Below are positions 50,350 to 63,339 of a stretch of 64,000 nucleotides of DNA, in pieces. Position 1 is the first letter of the stretch. Every line of letters begins with the position of its first letter. The translations under genes were made by a program, and so were the position numbers. A model generated the notes under the pieces. The model saw only the letters and a list, made by a program, of their open reading frames with translations. It did no database searches and had not been told where the DNA came from. Source of the stretch: Podarcis cretensis (taxonomy: Eukaryota); contig OX638158.1 in NCBI GenBank assembly GCA_951804945.1, positions 31,930,001 through 31,994,000 on the forward strand, written 5' to 3'.

Positions 50350-50533
50350 CCATCCTGCAATAAACTTGACAAAATACAGAGCAGTTGTGGCTTGTTCCTG
50401 ATGTTCGGAGCATGTTGACTACTTCAGACTCCACAATGAGACTGAAAGACAGAGAACAGAAGGCATTGTATAGTTAAGGGTGATAATCAAACCTCTTGTA
50501 ATAAAGCCTAAACTCCACTACTCTCTTTTTCAG

Positions 50534-50815
50534 GTATTCTTTGTGATCCGTCTCATTGCTGGTCCTCAAGCCAATTCCCTGCCTCCCATCATTGAACCTG
50601 ACCCACTCATTCCGTGCGACTTAATGGATGGGCGTGATGCCTTCCTCACCCTTGCTAGAGACAAACACCTTGAGTTTTCCTCACTACGAAGGGCAATGTG
50701 GTCAACCATGTGCATGCTGGTAGAGCTGCATACTCAGAGCCAGGATCGTTTTGTTTATACCTGCAATGAGTGCAAACACCACGTGGAGACAAGGTGGCAC
50801 TGCACAGTCTGTGAG
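50534..50815 (+). CDS. EP300: EP300 exon 30 (282 nt), HAT end and ZZ start
   Basis: tttcag|GTATTC...GTGAG|gtatgt; CDLMDGRDAFLTLARDKHLEFSSLRR...CNECKHHVETRWHCTVCE. Confidence 0.97.
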
Positions 50816-52312
50816 GTATGTCTCGCCACTGGTGAAATAATTTGTTATACAAATATTCAGAGGTTTATATCATGAAGAGGTTTTTGGAACTGAAGTGGAG
50901 GGTTTCATTAGTGTTGTCTACTGCAATATTAGGTTTTATTTTAGGACATTTTTAAAAGTAAATATTCCTTGCTATCCTACTCCAGTGTCTTGATATTTAT
51001 GTTGTGACTACCAAAATACTTTATAGCTTACGCTTCCATTTTAACATGGCTCTGCTTCAGAGTAAAGAGCTTTCTTAGGATATTACAGCCAAAAAAAGTG
51101 ATGAAAATGTATTCTCCTTAAGGCCCTTTTTTGTTAGGGTCCCTGTTTGCCTGAGGCAGGGATCATCAGCCATTTTGGAACAATGGACACATTTCAAATT
51201 TTGAGAGTGTTGTGGGTACCAGTGACAAAATGGCAGCCATGGGGGCATGTCATAACACAAGATTAGAGAAAGTACAGTAATTGTGAAGTTTCTTATAATT
51301 GTATTTCCTGATGAATTTCTGCCTACCATAAAGCTATTAAAGGCACAACAGTGCTCCCTCCCCCCATTTTTCAACCCTAGACCAAAGCCTAGGCTGCCAT
51401 CCTATACCAGCTTACCTGGGAGTAAAGCCCATTAAGTGCAAAGGGACTCAAACTTCTGACTCTGCCATTCTTAGTAGGTGTTCTTTAGCTCCTGCAAAGC
51501 AGAAGACATGCTTAAGCCACTTTGCAAAGATTTCAGATTTTCCTTTTGGAGACAAGGGCATTCTTCAACCCACATTCGTTGTGTAGTAGTATTTGAGAAA
51601 ACAACTTCTAGGGATTACCTGACCTCAGATGAATTCACCATAGGAAAGATGCATTATGGTTTCTAGGGGAAAAGAAATGGCAAATTACAGAGATTCCAAG
51701 GACTACTAGAAAATAAGCATGGAGAGTGCTCTGAGGGAGAGGGGAAACAACAGCTCTTCAGAACCCAAGTAGTTCTTGTTACCTAACTTACTAATCACAG
51801 CTGGCTTCACTTATTGGCTAAAAAATAAAAACATTGACAGGTGGCAGAAGTCAGGCTGACTATTCACAGAAATTGCTTAGCAACATATCTGCACTTTTTC
51901 CTCGTTAACTTTCTAGGCTGTCAAGCAATTTCTTTTTAAAAATAAATATATGAAAACTCAGAACTTAGGACCTTAGGAGTCACTGGTTGGTGACTCCTGG
52001 CCTGTTTCAAGTCTGCATCTGTCTGAGATGGGAACAGCCTTTCACTTTTGTTGCTCACCATATCAGTCTTGCTGTTCTTCCCCTAAGAACTGACACTTGA
52101 GCCACTTTGGCTGATAGTCATTGCATAGTTTTCAGTGAATGCTTGTTTATGCCTTTCCAAGTTTCATGATTTTTTTTGGACAGGTCATCATTAGTATTTT
52201 GAGATTGCATTGTTAATTAAGACTATCTTTTATCAGCTATTTAATTTTTTAGTGATGTGTGCCTCTGTCAGGGAATAAGGCCAGTTATCTGACTGATCAT
52301 TTCTGTTTTTAG

Positions 52313-53944
52313 GATTATGACTTATGTATCACCTGCTATAACTCTAAAAACCATGAGCACAAGATGGAGAAACTGGGCCTTGGTATTGATGATGAAAGCA
52401 ACAACCAACAGACAGCCACTACGCAGAGTCCTGGTGATTCACGTCGCCTGAGCATCCAGCGCTGCATCCAGTCTTTGGTCCATGCCTGCCAGTGCCGCAA
52501 TGCCAACTGCTCATTGCCGTCTTGTCAGAAGATGAAGAGGGTCGTCCAGCACACCAAAGGTTGCAAGCGCAAAACCAATGGAGGGTGCCCAATTTGCAAG
52601 CAGCTCATTGCTCTTTGCTGCTACCATGCTAAGCACTGCCAGGAGAACAAGTGCCCAGTGCCCTTTTGCCTCAACATCAAACACAAGCTTCGTCAGCAGC
52701 AGCTTCAGCACCGCCTGCAGCAGGCCCAGATGCTCCGGAGGAGGGTGGCAAGCATGCAGAGGACCGGCATAGTAGGCCAGCAGCAAGGGTTGCCCTCGCC
52801 AACACCAGCCACACCAACAACTCCGACAGGCCAGCAGCCACCAACTCCTCAGACCCCACAGCCGCAGCCTCCACCCCAGCATGCCTCGCAGCCACAACCC
52901 GTACCTCCCAATAACATGCCTCCGTATAGCATGTCAAGAACTCAGCCTCCTGGTGCTGTCTCCCAAGGCAAGGCAGGTGGCCAGGTAACTCCTCCAACAA
53001 CTCCTCAGGCTACTCAGCCACCCATGCCGGGGCCCCCTGCAGCTGCCGTGGAAATAGCCATGCAGATCCAGCGAGTAGCTGACCACCAGCGGCAGATGGC
53101 TCATCCCATTTTCCAGAGGCCAATTCAACACCAGATGCCCCAGATGAATCAAATACAGCCTATGAGTGTAACACCACCTCAGATGGCCAGAGGTCCTGGG
53201 GGCCACATAGATCAAGGGATGGGACCATCAGGAATTCAGCAGCAGCCCGCGTGGGCCCAGGGAGGCTTGCCTCAACCTCAGCAGCTGCAGCCAGGAATGC
53301 AGAGACCATCAATGATGTCGATGGCCCAGGCTGGGCAGCAGATGAGTATGTCACCGCAGCAGCCAGGAATGGGTCAGGTCCCTGGCGCTGCTCCGTCAAA
53401 GCAAAGCTCTGTGCCCCAGGCAGCCTTACAAAACCTGCTGCGGACTCTCAGGTCCCCCAGCTCTCCCATGCAGCAGCAGCAGGTGCTTAACATCCTGCAC
53501 TCCAACCCTCAGCTGTTAGCTGCTTTCATCAAGCAGAGGGCTGCCAAGTATGTTGGGAACCAGAATCCACAGGGCATGCCGGGACAGCCTGGAATGCCTC
53601 AAGGGCAACCAGGGATGCAGCAGCAGGCCATGCCAGGACAGCAAGGTGTGCATCCCAATCAAGGCATGCAGAATATGAATCCGATGCAAGCAGGGGTCCA
53701 GAGGCCCAGCATGCCCCAGCAGTCGCCACCCCAGCAGCCACCACCCCAGCAGGCCATGGGAGGGATGAATCCTCAGGCACAGCAAATGAATATGAATCCT
53801 GCAGCAACCATGTCTCCCCAGTTTCGGGAAATCCTAATGAGACGGCAGCTGATGGAACAGCAGCGTCAGGGAGCAGGACCAGGGCTGGGGCCTGGCATGG
53901 CCAACCATAATCAGTTCCAACAGCCCCAGGGAGTTGGGTACCCT

Positions 53945-53980
<36 letters not shown>

Positions 53981-54553
53981 CGGATGCAGCATCACATGCA
54001 GCAAATGCAACAAGGGAATATGGGACAAATGAGCCAGCTTCCACAAGCAATGAGTGCAGAGACGGGATCCAGTTTGCAGCAAGTGTTCCAGCAGAGGCTA
54101 CTTCAGCAGCAGATGGGATCACCAGCTCAGCCCAATCCTATGAGTCCCCAACAGCACATGCTCCCTAGCCAGGCCCAGTCCCCACACTTACAAGGCCAGC
54201 AGATTCCGTCATCGCTCACCAATCAAGTGCGTTCTCCACAGCCTGTCCCTTCACCACGTCCCCAGTCCCAGCCACCCCACTCCAGTCCGTCCCCTAGGAT
54301 GCAGCCACAACCTTCTCCACATCACGTCTCCCCGCAGACCAGCTCCCCTCATCCAGGACTGGTAGCTGCCCAGGCTAACCCCATGGATCAAGGGCACTTT
54401 GCCAGCCCGGACCAGAGTGCAATGCTTTCTCAGCTTGCTAGCAATCCAGGCATGGCAGGCCTCCATGGTGCAAGTGCCACAGAACTGGGACTCGGCTCAG
54501 ATAATTCAGACTTGAATTCAAACCTTTCACAGAGTACACTAGACATACACTAA
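52313..54553 (+). CDS. EP300: EP300 exon 31 coding part (2241 nt): ZZ end, TAZ2, NCBD/IBiD, Gln-rich C-terminus
   Basis: ttttag|GATTAT; DYDLCITCY...[15 protein letters not shown]...[15 protein letters not shown]...[12 protein letters not shown]. Confidence 0.98.
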
Positions 54554-55315
54554 GACACACTGTAGCATTTTGGGAGCAAAAAAAAAACTTATTTTCTCAA
54601 GACTTTTTGTACTGAAGACAATTTTTTTTGAATCTTTCTTAGCAGAACATTTTTCCCTGGAATACATCTGAACTCTGCAGCAGTAGTTTGTGGTTTTAAA
54701 AATGAGAAACCAACAAAATGAACCTGAGGGACAATAGAATACAAAGAAAATATATTTTTGTTATGGCTGGGGTCATAACCAGTCCTTTTACTTGTTTTTT
54801 TTTCCCTTCGCGTGCGTTGGGGAGGTGCTTGGGAGGGGATAGTTATTTGGCTGCTGACCAAATGGCTTCCTTCTCTAGCCTCCAATAGGTTTTATTTTTT
54901 TTTTAAATTAATGAAAATATGTAATATTGATAGTTATAATTTACTGAGGCAGATGGTTAACTTTTTTCCCTATTCTGGTTTTTCTCATGCCTACTGCAAA
55001 AAAAGAAAAAAAGAAAAACAGAAAAAACAGAACATTTCCTAAAACTGGAGGACAAAAAGGGTGAATGTTGCTTTAAAATACAGTGCATATATATAAATAT
55101 ATAAAAATATATATTAAAGATAAATACCAATTTTTCCTCTTTGGTTGGAAAGATGTCAATTCTTTTAAAAACTGTAAAAATTATTAAGTAACCCAGTCTC
55201 CCTCCTGAAGTCTACTTTTGTCCTCCAAGAATTTTCTATACCAGAGTCTGAGCTTAAACTTCAAGTATTAAAATTTGTACATGTAGAGAGAAGACAACCT
55301 TTTGCAAATACACGG

Positions 55316-55322
55316 GGCAGCT
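55316..55322 (+). promoter_or_regulatory. miR-22-3p 7mer-m8 site GGCAGCT
   Basis: Seed match in a short GC-rich patch of an otherwise AU-rich UTR. Confidence 0.5.
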
Positions 55323-55580
55323 GCCAAATGGATGTAGTATATATATTGTGGTTTTGTTTTCTTGAAAGAATTTTTTTCGTTATTTTTACATCTAACAAAG
55401 GAAAAAATAAAGAGGGTAAGAAACTATTCCAAGGGTATAATTTTAACCTGAGAGTAAATCCCTGGGGTTTCTTCTTTATGCTTGCTTTCTCTATCCCTCC
55501 CCTCCCATTTCCTCCTCTTCCATTTTCTGTAAAACTTGAAAATAGAAAGCAAAAAACCCTCAAATGTTGTAAATCATGCA

Positions 55581-55586
55581 ATTAAA
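55581..55586 (+). terminator. Possible proximal poly(A) signal ATTAAA
   Basis: Second most common PAS hexamer, with a UGUA element upstream (55568-55571). Confidence 0.45.
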
Positions 55587-55625
55587 GTTGATTACTTATA
55601 AATATGAACTTTCGATCACTGTATA

Positions 55626-55633
55626 GACTGTTA
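55626..55633 (+). promoter_or_regulatory. miR-132/212-3p 8mer site GACTGTTA
   Basis: Exact seed match in the 3' UTR; p300 is a known miR-132 target in mammals. Confidence 0.7.
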
Positions 55634-55658
55634 ATTGATTTCTTATTACCTATTGTTA

Positions 55659-55664
55659 AATAAA
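55659..55664 (+). terminator. Distal poly(A) signal AATAAA
   Basis: Canonical hexamer followed about 18 nt later by a U-rich tract (55683 onward). Confidence 0.8.
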
Positions 55665-58600
55665 CTGTGTGAGACAGACTGATTTTTTTATGCTTCCCTT
55701 CTTCTTTTCCCCTTCAATTGGTGCTTATTTTAAACTGGGGAAAGAAGATGGTATGCTTTTGCAAAACAAAAAACTACGGCGATCAATTTGATGTATAGTA
55801 ACATACCATTATGTGTGTTTTTGAAACATGCGTATTTTGGGCTGTAATGAAGATGATCAATGTCCATTTTGCTGTGACACTATATTCGCTTCTACTTGTG
55901 CTATGGAAACTTTTTTTCATATCTAGGTGGGATGCTGTCTGCATATTTCACCTGGACAGCACTTGATCCTCAAAAGAACCTCCAGAGTCCAGAATACTGC
56001 CCAGGGTTTGACTATTGGAACAGAAGTCTCAAGACACCATTCCACAATTCAGTGGGTTGGCATGCAAGGCGACCTGAGGAATTTGTGGTGATTGCAGGCA
56101 AATTATAAGCATGGCAGTCTGCTCTGACATCAGCAGTGCTAATTTAATTAGATGAGTGCTGTGAAGACTGAGCCTCCCTCTATAAATGAGTGCCATCCAG
56201 GGGCAGCAATTTGGTAGTCCGATTTTGTTCATGCCCACAAGCTTAGATGGAGAAATAGTTAGCTACACATACAGTGTTTCGTGTAGTTAACATTTAACTA
56301 CTGTAGATGCATCTTTGTTTCTGCTGAAGTGGATAGTCCTGAGTGTTTGAGGAAGGTTTTGCATTATTAAGTACTACAGAATTCCTGTCAGTTTGGTGCT
56401 TATCTGAGCTACTACATACAAGGTCGTCTAAATGTTTCTCCACCTGTTATAGCCCTTTCTGGATTGGCTTAGTTTCAAAGTCAGGGTCTAGCCTTAGCCC
56501 TGACAAACTCTATTTAGAATACAGTAGTAGATAAACAGGGCAATGCAGGTTGGATGGAAAGTACAGTGAAAGAAGTAAAATTTAATACATATTATCACAG
56601 ATGATAAAACTCAGGATAATGTACAATTATTTGTGTTGCAAAAATACAATAAAAGTGGCTCATAGAAAATTGTTGTAGGTAATAACGTTGCCAGAGGCTT
56701 TAGTTTTAGGATGAACTCTGCATCTACAGTCCTATGAGTATTTAGAGTGTTTCCTGTCTGGGTGAAGGTGCAAAGCTGCAATGCGCTCAGTGTGATAAAT
56801 TTGAAATTGTAGTTCTTCAATAGATTTTGGAGATACAAAATTCCATTTTTAAATTGCAATTGTTGATGACACATCACCAGCTACAGCTTTTATTTTTATC
56901 TTCTATGAATTTTCATAATCACTGCGTTTTTGTACTGTCACTCTATGCATCATTCTTTGTCTCCTTGTTAGGTTGTTTTAAATTTATTAGCTTAAATCCT
57001 TTTCCCACAAGCATGCTTACACACATACATATATCGCACACATACATGTATAAAATGAAATTGCTTTCCAGTTCTTGAGCCAAATGCTCATTCAAAACTG
57101 ATGAATTAGAACTAACGCTCACTTACAGCATTTATAACAGATGCTTGCAAACAAAATATTAAGTATAATGAAATCCAGCCAGGATTTTATAAAAACAGTG
57201 AGCAGATTTCTGCATAAGAATTGAAGCGCAGAGTAAAATGACAGAGAAACACAGTGTCCCTAAAGCCATATAGCAGAGCCACAGTTCAGTGGATTGAAAA
57301 AGATCCCTCTTAATTTTAGGATAGAAATTACATCAAGTTTCTATAGACTGACTTGCTTCATCCTTTCTTTAAAAAAAAAGGGGTGAGTTAATCTGACACT
57401 CAGTGCATTCTTCTGTAGCGAGCCTGCAGTGCCTTTACAGGAAATAAGAGCTTACAGCTCTGCAAATCAGTGGAGGTGTACTGCCATGAAAAGACACTTT
57501 GGGTCTAAATCTTATTAAAACAGAAAATTCTCATACCTATCTGGTATGCAGATGGGTCTAGCTTTCACAACATGCAGCCTGTCATGTTTTATTTGTAATC
57601 CGCAATGATAAACACTATCCCAGAATTTAAAATGTTGTGTCCTGTAGTTAGGCAGAATGAGGTTACTATCTCTTAGGCAGAAAAGGGTGAAGAAGTAGGA
57701 AGGTAATTACTAAATGTGAAGTTCTTTCTTGGGGAAAACCTAAGCAAAGCCAGAAGCCCACTCCTTGTCTTCAGTATGCACCTCTGACTGACTTCAGCTC
57801 TCTTCTTGCCATGCAGAAATATAAAGTGCATTTTCCTTCTGTTCTGCAATAATGTCAGGAATACAACTTCCCTACCTCAGAAATGCATATGCTTCCACCA
57901 TAGACATCTTCTTGGTCTACAAGCCATTTGACCATGCTAAGACACTTCTTTTCTAATTTTATTTACTTCAACTATTAGCCCCCACAAGTATGGCCAATGG
58001 GCAGGGATGATGGGAGCTGTAGTTTAGCAACAGCTGGAGGGCCAGAAGGTCCTTTCACCTAGGCTGCAAGCTTGGAAATCTTGAAATTATTCAGCCATGA
58101 CAGCAACACTCAGAGAAGCCATCATTAAAAGAAAAAAGGCAAACCTACATTGGAGATTGAACTATAGGTGGTTTCTGTAGCAATAACTTCAAATATTTAA
58201 AATATATGAAACAGGCTTTTCCCTAACCATCCAACCTGCCTTAATTCTCATGCTTTTGCAAAATAACCACAGCTCCTAATCTTGAATTCTCATTGTGTAC
58301 AACAATGCAAAATATACTATCCATAATAGGGATATCATAAATTCTCATATGTATGAAAATTATTGTACACCTGAGGGCAGGAGTACCACCTCCACCTGGT
58401 TTTCAAGAACACCTTCAACCTTAACTATACCTACTCACATGGACCTCGTGGGAATCGGTGTGTTTGAGATGCAGAACTGCCATTTTTTAACTTGTTGCAG
58501 TTTTCTTGTGATTGCGGGGGGGGGGGTGTACATGTAACAAGAGGCATTATTTGTATCAGGTTCTTAAAAGGTGAATGAGCAAGGGCAGTACAAAGATGGC

Positions 58601-58711
58601 AACAGTAGACAATCATGGTCATTGCTTCAAATGTTACCTCTAATTGTTGGTACAAAAAATGCAGAATGCACTCATTCCTCCTGATAATAGAAGCTTGACA
58701 TGCAGGAAATA

Positions 58712-58853
58712 ACACAGGAACCTAGGAAGGTGCCTTAAACAGGGTCAGAGCATTGTAGCATGAGTTTCAGGTAGGGTCCTCTCCCAGCCATATCAGTAGA
58801 TGTTGGGGATTGAATCTGCCTGCATACAAAATGAATGCTCCAACTGAGCTCTG
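58712..58853 (-). mobile_element. Degraded squamate SINE (Squam3-like)
   Basis: ggaacctaggaaggtgcctta...ctcccagcc...ggggattgaa...actgagct, the reverse of a tRNA-derived SINE. Confidence 0.5.
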
Positions 58854-59675
58854 ATTCTTCCTAAAGAGCACAAGACAGGGCAGGTTTTTTCTTTCTCTGG
58901 GTCTGTTGATGATTGTAGGACCACAAAGTTATGACTGACCTGCTCAAGCTATGATGCAATTGAGATACTTGGAGACAAAAGAGAGAGAATAGGATAAAAA
59001 CAAAACAAAAAAACAGCGCTTACTGGCCCTTAGGGAAAAAATACCCTAATTTGGATTTAGGAATAACAGAGTACAAAACCGTGAAACTCACTTTTTACAA
59101 GCTTTGCATTATATGCTCACTTATTTGAAAGTTAACCCTACTAATTGCATTGGGATCATTAAACATAACAGGGTGATTGCATGTTACTTTCAATGAGTGT
59201 ATAATCTCTGTAAATAGCTGGGCGGCATGAATCAATGCAAACACTTGTACATGTGTAGACAGACAACTTGTACCTGTGTTTAGGGTACTATGAATAACCT
59301 TAATGGGATCAAGTTTCAAAGGCATTCATTTATTGCAAACTTGCATTATAGCCAATGAGACCACTTAGCTGAAGAACCAGCTGTGTTTTGAACTTTAATG
59401 CTGCTTGGCAGAGCAATACTGTGCATGTCTTCTCAGTCATAAACTAAATGGGACCGGCAGGGAAGTATATATATGATTGTAGTCTTCGTGAATTACTTGG
59501 AACTAATGGGGATTAAAACAAGGCAAGTAATGTGTAGCCAGAAATAATATCATTTGGATATAATAATTTATATCCATGCATTTTGCATAATTTAAGCTGC
59601 AATCCCATACACATTTATTTACCTGCAACTGAACTTAGTGAGGCTTCTAAATTGACAAATTTAGGATTGTACTAT

Positions 59676-59881
59676 CTGGAGAAGACCCTGATGTTGGGAA
59701 AGATGGAGGGCACAAGGAGAAGGGGGCGACAGAGGACGAGATGGTTGGATAATGTTTTCGAGGTTACCAGCATGAGTCTGACCAAGCTGCGGGGGGCAGT
59801 GGAGGACAGGAGTGCCTGGCGTTCTCTGGTCCATGGGGTCACGAAGAGTCGGACACGACTAAACGACTAAACAACAACAAC
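59676..59881 (+). mobile_element. RTE-BovB LINE 3' end (5'-truncated)
   Basis: LEKTLMLGKMEGTRRRGRQRTRWLD...VHGVTKSRTRLND, (CAA)n tail, TSD ACTAT. Confidence 0.92.
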
Positions 59882-62429
59882 ACTATTCTCAGTGTCACAG
59901 CTAGTAAAGTGGAGGGCCTGTCATTTTTAATTTCATTTCATTTTCCCAAATCGGAACTGAAATAGTATTAACAAATGAAAATGTCCCTTTAAACTTGAGT
60001 TGAGTGCCTCAGCCTCCCTCCTGCGAAAGGAACTGTTCCGTACCCCTCATTAGATGGGGGTGGAAGGGGACAAACAGCTTTCAGACAAAGGTGAGTTCCA
60101 GCATCTTTCATATAGAAATTAATTATGGAATAATTAAATTAAGGCACATTTGTTGGAACACGCCCATTCAGTGCCAAAAATCAAAACCTTACATGCCAGG
60201 AAACACACTTCTCAAAACCAAGGATTGCATTCAACTTGGTTCTATTCAGAGCAGACTCACTGAAATTGGTTAAAATTGTTAATGTAGGTGCATTGATTTT
60301 AATGTCTTAGGTAGAAGCTGGAAACAACCTCAAGTCCCTTTCCTCCTCTAAAACCCCAAAAGCTAATTATTTTAGCTCTATAGACAAAATATAGGAGTTT
60401 AAGTGAAAGCCCACCACATCTTAGCAGTGGAACCTATTTTCAACTCAATGGCTCAACCTCAGATATTTGAAGGAAAAAACAAAAAGTTAGAGCATATGCA
60501 CCACAAAATAATTACAACCATCCTCTACATATCTAAAATTAGGAATAATGTCTTCCAGATTTTGACACATCAGTCGATGTGACAGGCAAACCATTTTGAG
60601 ACCCCATGTTACATATTTTAGAAATCCACTAACAAAATGGGCCCCAAAACAGGATCACAGGCATTGCTAAGCAAGCTAAAAAGTCTACCTTGCTTGCCAA
60701 CACTGCAAAAAAGCGTATGCTGAATCACTCCCTACTTGTATTTCCCAACCAGTGGGTCAGAAAACCTGTGGCATCTACACATCAGAGGCAAGTTGTAATA
60801 CTCAAAACAACAACTTGTATGAGCACCTTATGGTGAACCATCAGGTCTACCACCAGGGTTAACTAATAGTTTAACCAAAGGTAATTTGAGTTTGCTTAGC
60901 CAACATTTGTCCACAAATTGTCTGCTGAAGAATCAGAAGTGTGAATGTGTGTGAAACACATTTGCAACTGATATCACAAAGTTGTATTTAGCTGTGTACA
61001 TACTATACATTTAAGACAATTTAAAGCACACACACTACCCCAAAGAATAATAGAAACTCACTAGTGAGTATCCTGAGCTTGCTAATGAAACAGTACCTTT
61101 GCTGCTGCCATTTGGTAGCCCATACCTTTGCCAGAGGTTTTAAAGCAATGACTACTATGAAGATGAAATCTCAGGTCCCACATTGAGTACACATTGGCAA
61201 AATGCAAGCTTTAGGGATCCCACCAATACTTGCCAAAACAGAGTTGACCATGAATGAAAAGATGACAACCTGAACATTTTTAATAGTTTCATCTAACACC
61301 ACTTTGGTATGTTTATAGAATACATTTGTATGGTTTATGAAGCAATATTCTGAAGTCATGACTGCTGTTCTTACATTCTCATTAAAAAAAAATAAACTGA
61401 TTTGACTTTGTAAGTACTATAAATAGTTCAACAATTCCACATTAATGGGGGCATCAAGTACAATTTTTGCTTGAATGGTTATAAAGTCAGCAAAGCTTCA
61501 CTTAAAATGCATAATACTGATGGCTGCCAAAGAGCTAAGGTCCAAAATTCATGTGACAATAAATCACTGGGTCAGTAAATACAAAGTAAATTTGGACCTG
61601 TGGATCGTACCAAAAAGGTTGAAAAGCACTACCCTACCACATGCGGTTTTCTGGAAAACTTAAGGAAGCTGGCAAGATACTACTCCTGCTTCCCCCTTCC
61701 TTCACATTAATTCCATTGCAAGCTGATGCTGTTCTCTCAAGGCACAGTTTAAATAATAAATTGTAATTAATTATTTTTAAGGAGCACACATAGGTTAGAA
61801 ATTTATCTCAGTACTTTTCCTCCAAGAAAGAGTGTGAGAATTTGGCTGCTCAGACTACAACCCAAGAGAGTAGTATGCAAAAAGTACAAAACCCTGTTAT
61901 GCAGTTCAAACACAGGCTGTTGGGAACGAGAGTCTGAATCAGCCAGAAGTTGGGAACCTTTGACTCTTCAAATGATGTTGGACTCTGACACCCATCATCC
62001 TTGATCATTAGCCATGGGAGTTGGGCACATGGGAGTTGAAGTCTACAGCGTCTGGAAGGCCTCAGGGTCTGATAATTGAAATAAATCAGGTGGTGACCGT
62101 GATTCTTGGCTGCCTTCTATTGAGAATGGGGCTGGATAACAAGTTTCTCCTCACACAGTGAGATCTACTGAACAAGCATTAAGTTGTTTTCTCTCTGTTG
62201 TGGCAAGAGGCAAGCATTTCAGTTTTTTTTACAGGGGGAGGGAGGAGCTAACAGGCAACCATAGGCAGCTGCAATTCTAAGTGTAACACTTTAACTGAGA
62301 GAAAACACCCCAATTATGTGGGGGAGGGATGTCTGGCAATATTCCCAAAAATTGGAATATGGGGGGGCTGGAGAGAATGCAGCCTGAATCAGCTGCTGAA
62401 CTTAGTTTAACTTGAGGTGTAGGCTACAC

Positions 62430-62595
62430 CAGTGCTTTTTTTCTAAAAAAAAAAAAGTTTAGGGGTTCTCTCATTTTGACTATTTTATAGTTCAAATCAT
62501 GAAAAATAAATACAGTAAATGGACAAAAGTACAAAGATTCACAAAATGTTTAGGGGGCATGCGTACCCCTGCATACCCCCAGAAAAAAAGCACTG
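62430..62595. mobile_element. hAT MITE
   Basis: 15-bp TIR CAGTGCTTTTTTTCT/AGAAAAAAAGCACTG; exact 8-bp TSD GGCTACAC. Confidence 0.92.
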
Positions 62596-63339
62596 GGCTA
62601 CACTGGAAAGAAAGAATGATTAAGATGACATAACTGTCTTTCAGAGTTCCTCAAACTAAACATTTTATTTGTTTAAAAGATAAATAATAAATGAGACCAA
62701 AAAGCATACCTTTAAAACACTTTTGATTCTGTAGTGCTCCACCCTTCTGTCAGTGAGCGGCTGCCCCAGCCCGCTTTTAGGGTTCTATTTTTCTAAATAT
62801 TGTTCCTGTTTATGCAAACCTCCCAGTTTCCTCAGCCCTTATGTTAGGTCCTTGTGTGAGGATAATGCCATTTTGTCTACATAAGGATTCACACTCAAGA
62901 GAATGAGTTCACTGTTAGTAATGTAAGTTAGTAATAGATATAGATGTAGATGTATTAGTATAGTAATAGATATTAGTAATATATGTACAGTATATTATAT
63001 ACTCTGAGCATTTTGCTAAAGCTATCAACAACAAGCATCCTGTTATACCATTTAGATATTTGTGCAATATCTAATTTGTGCAAACTAGTGTGAGAGCTGT
63101 CATTTCTGAGCCCACAGCCCAGGAATTGGTTCTGAGTGTCAGTACAGAACTCAGTCCTTCTACACAAAACTCCAGGTTTCCCCCGCACACAGCTTTCTTA
63201 TTTCAGTAGATATGTATGTATGTATTTTGGAGGGAGAGAGTAATTTTGTTGCTGCCATTGTTATCAACGAGTCAAAAATCCTTGCGACCTGCTTCAAATC
63301 ACCCAGAGATCAGTAAAATCCCGGTCCACTTTCTGCCTA

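Larger units (their letters stand above)
54554..55680 (+). other. EP300: EP300 3' UTR
   Basis: A/U-rich sequence after TAA, ending in ...TTGTTAAATAAACTGTGTGAGACAGAC, which resembles the mammalian EP300 mRNA end as recalled. Confidence 0.8.

Noticed and set aside
52511-54466. Antisense and alternate-frame ORFs in exon 31
   Set aside because: Expected shadow ORFs of CAG/CCN-rich coding sequence
61126-61269. Possible minus-strand exon bounded by AG/GT
   Set aside because: No pyrimidine tract, the main reading frame hits a stop, and no partner exons were identified
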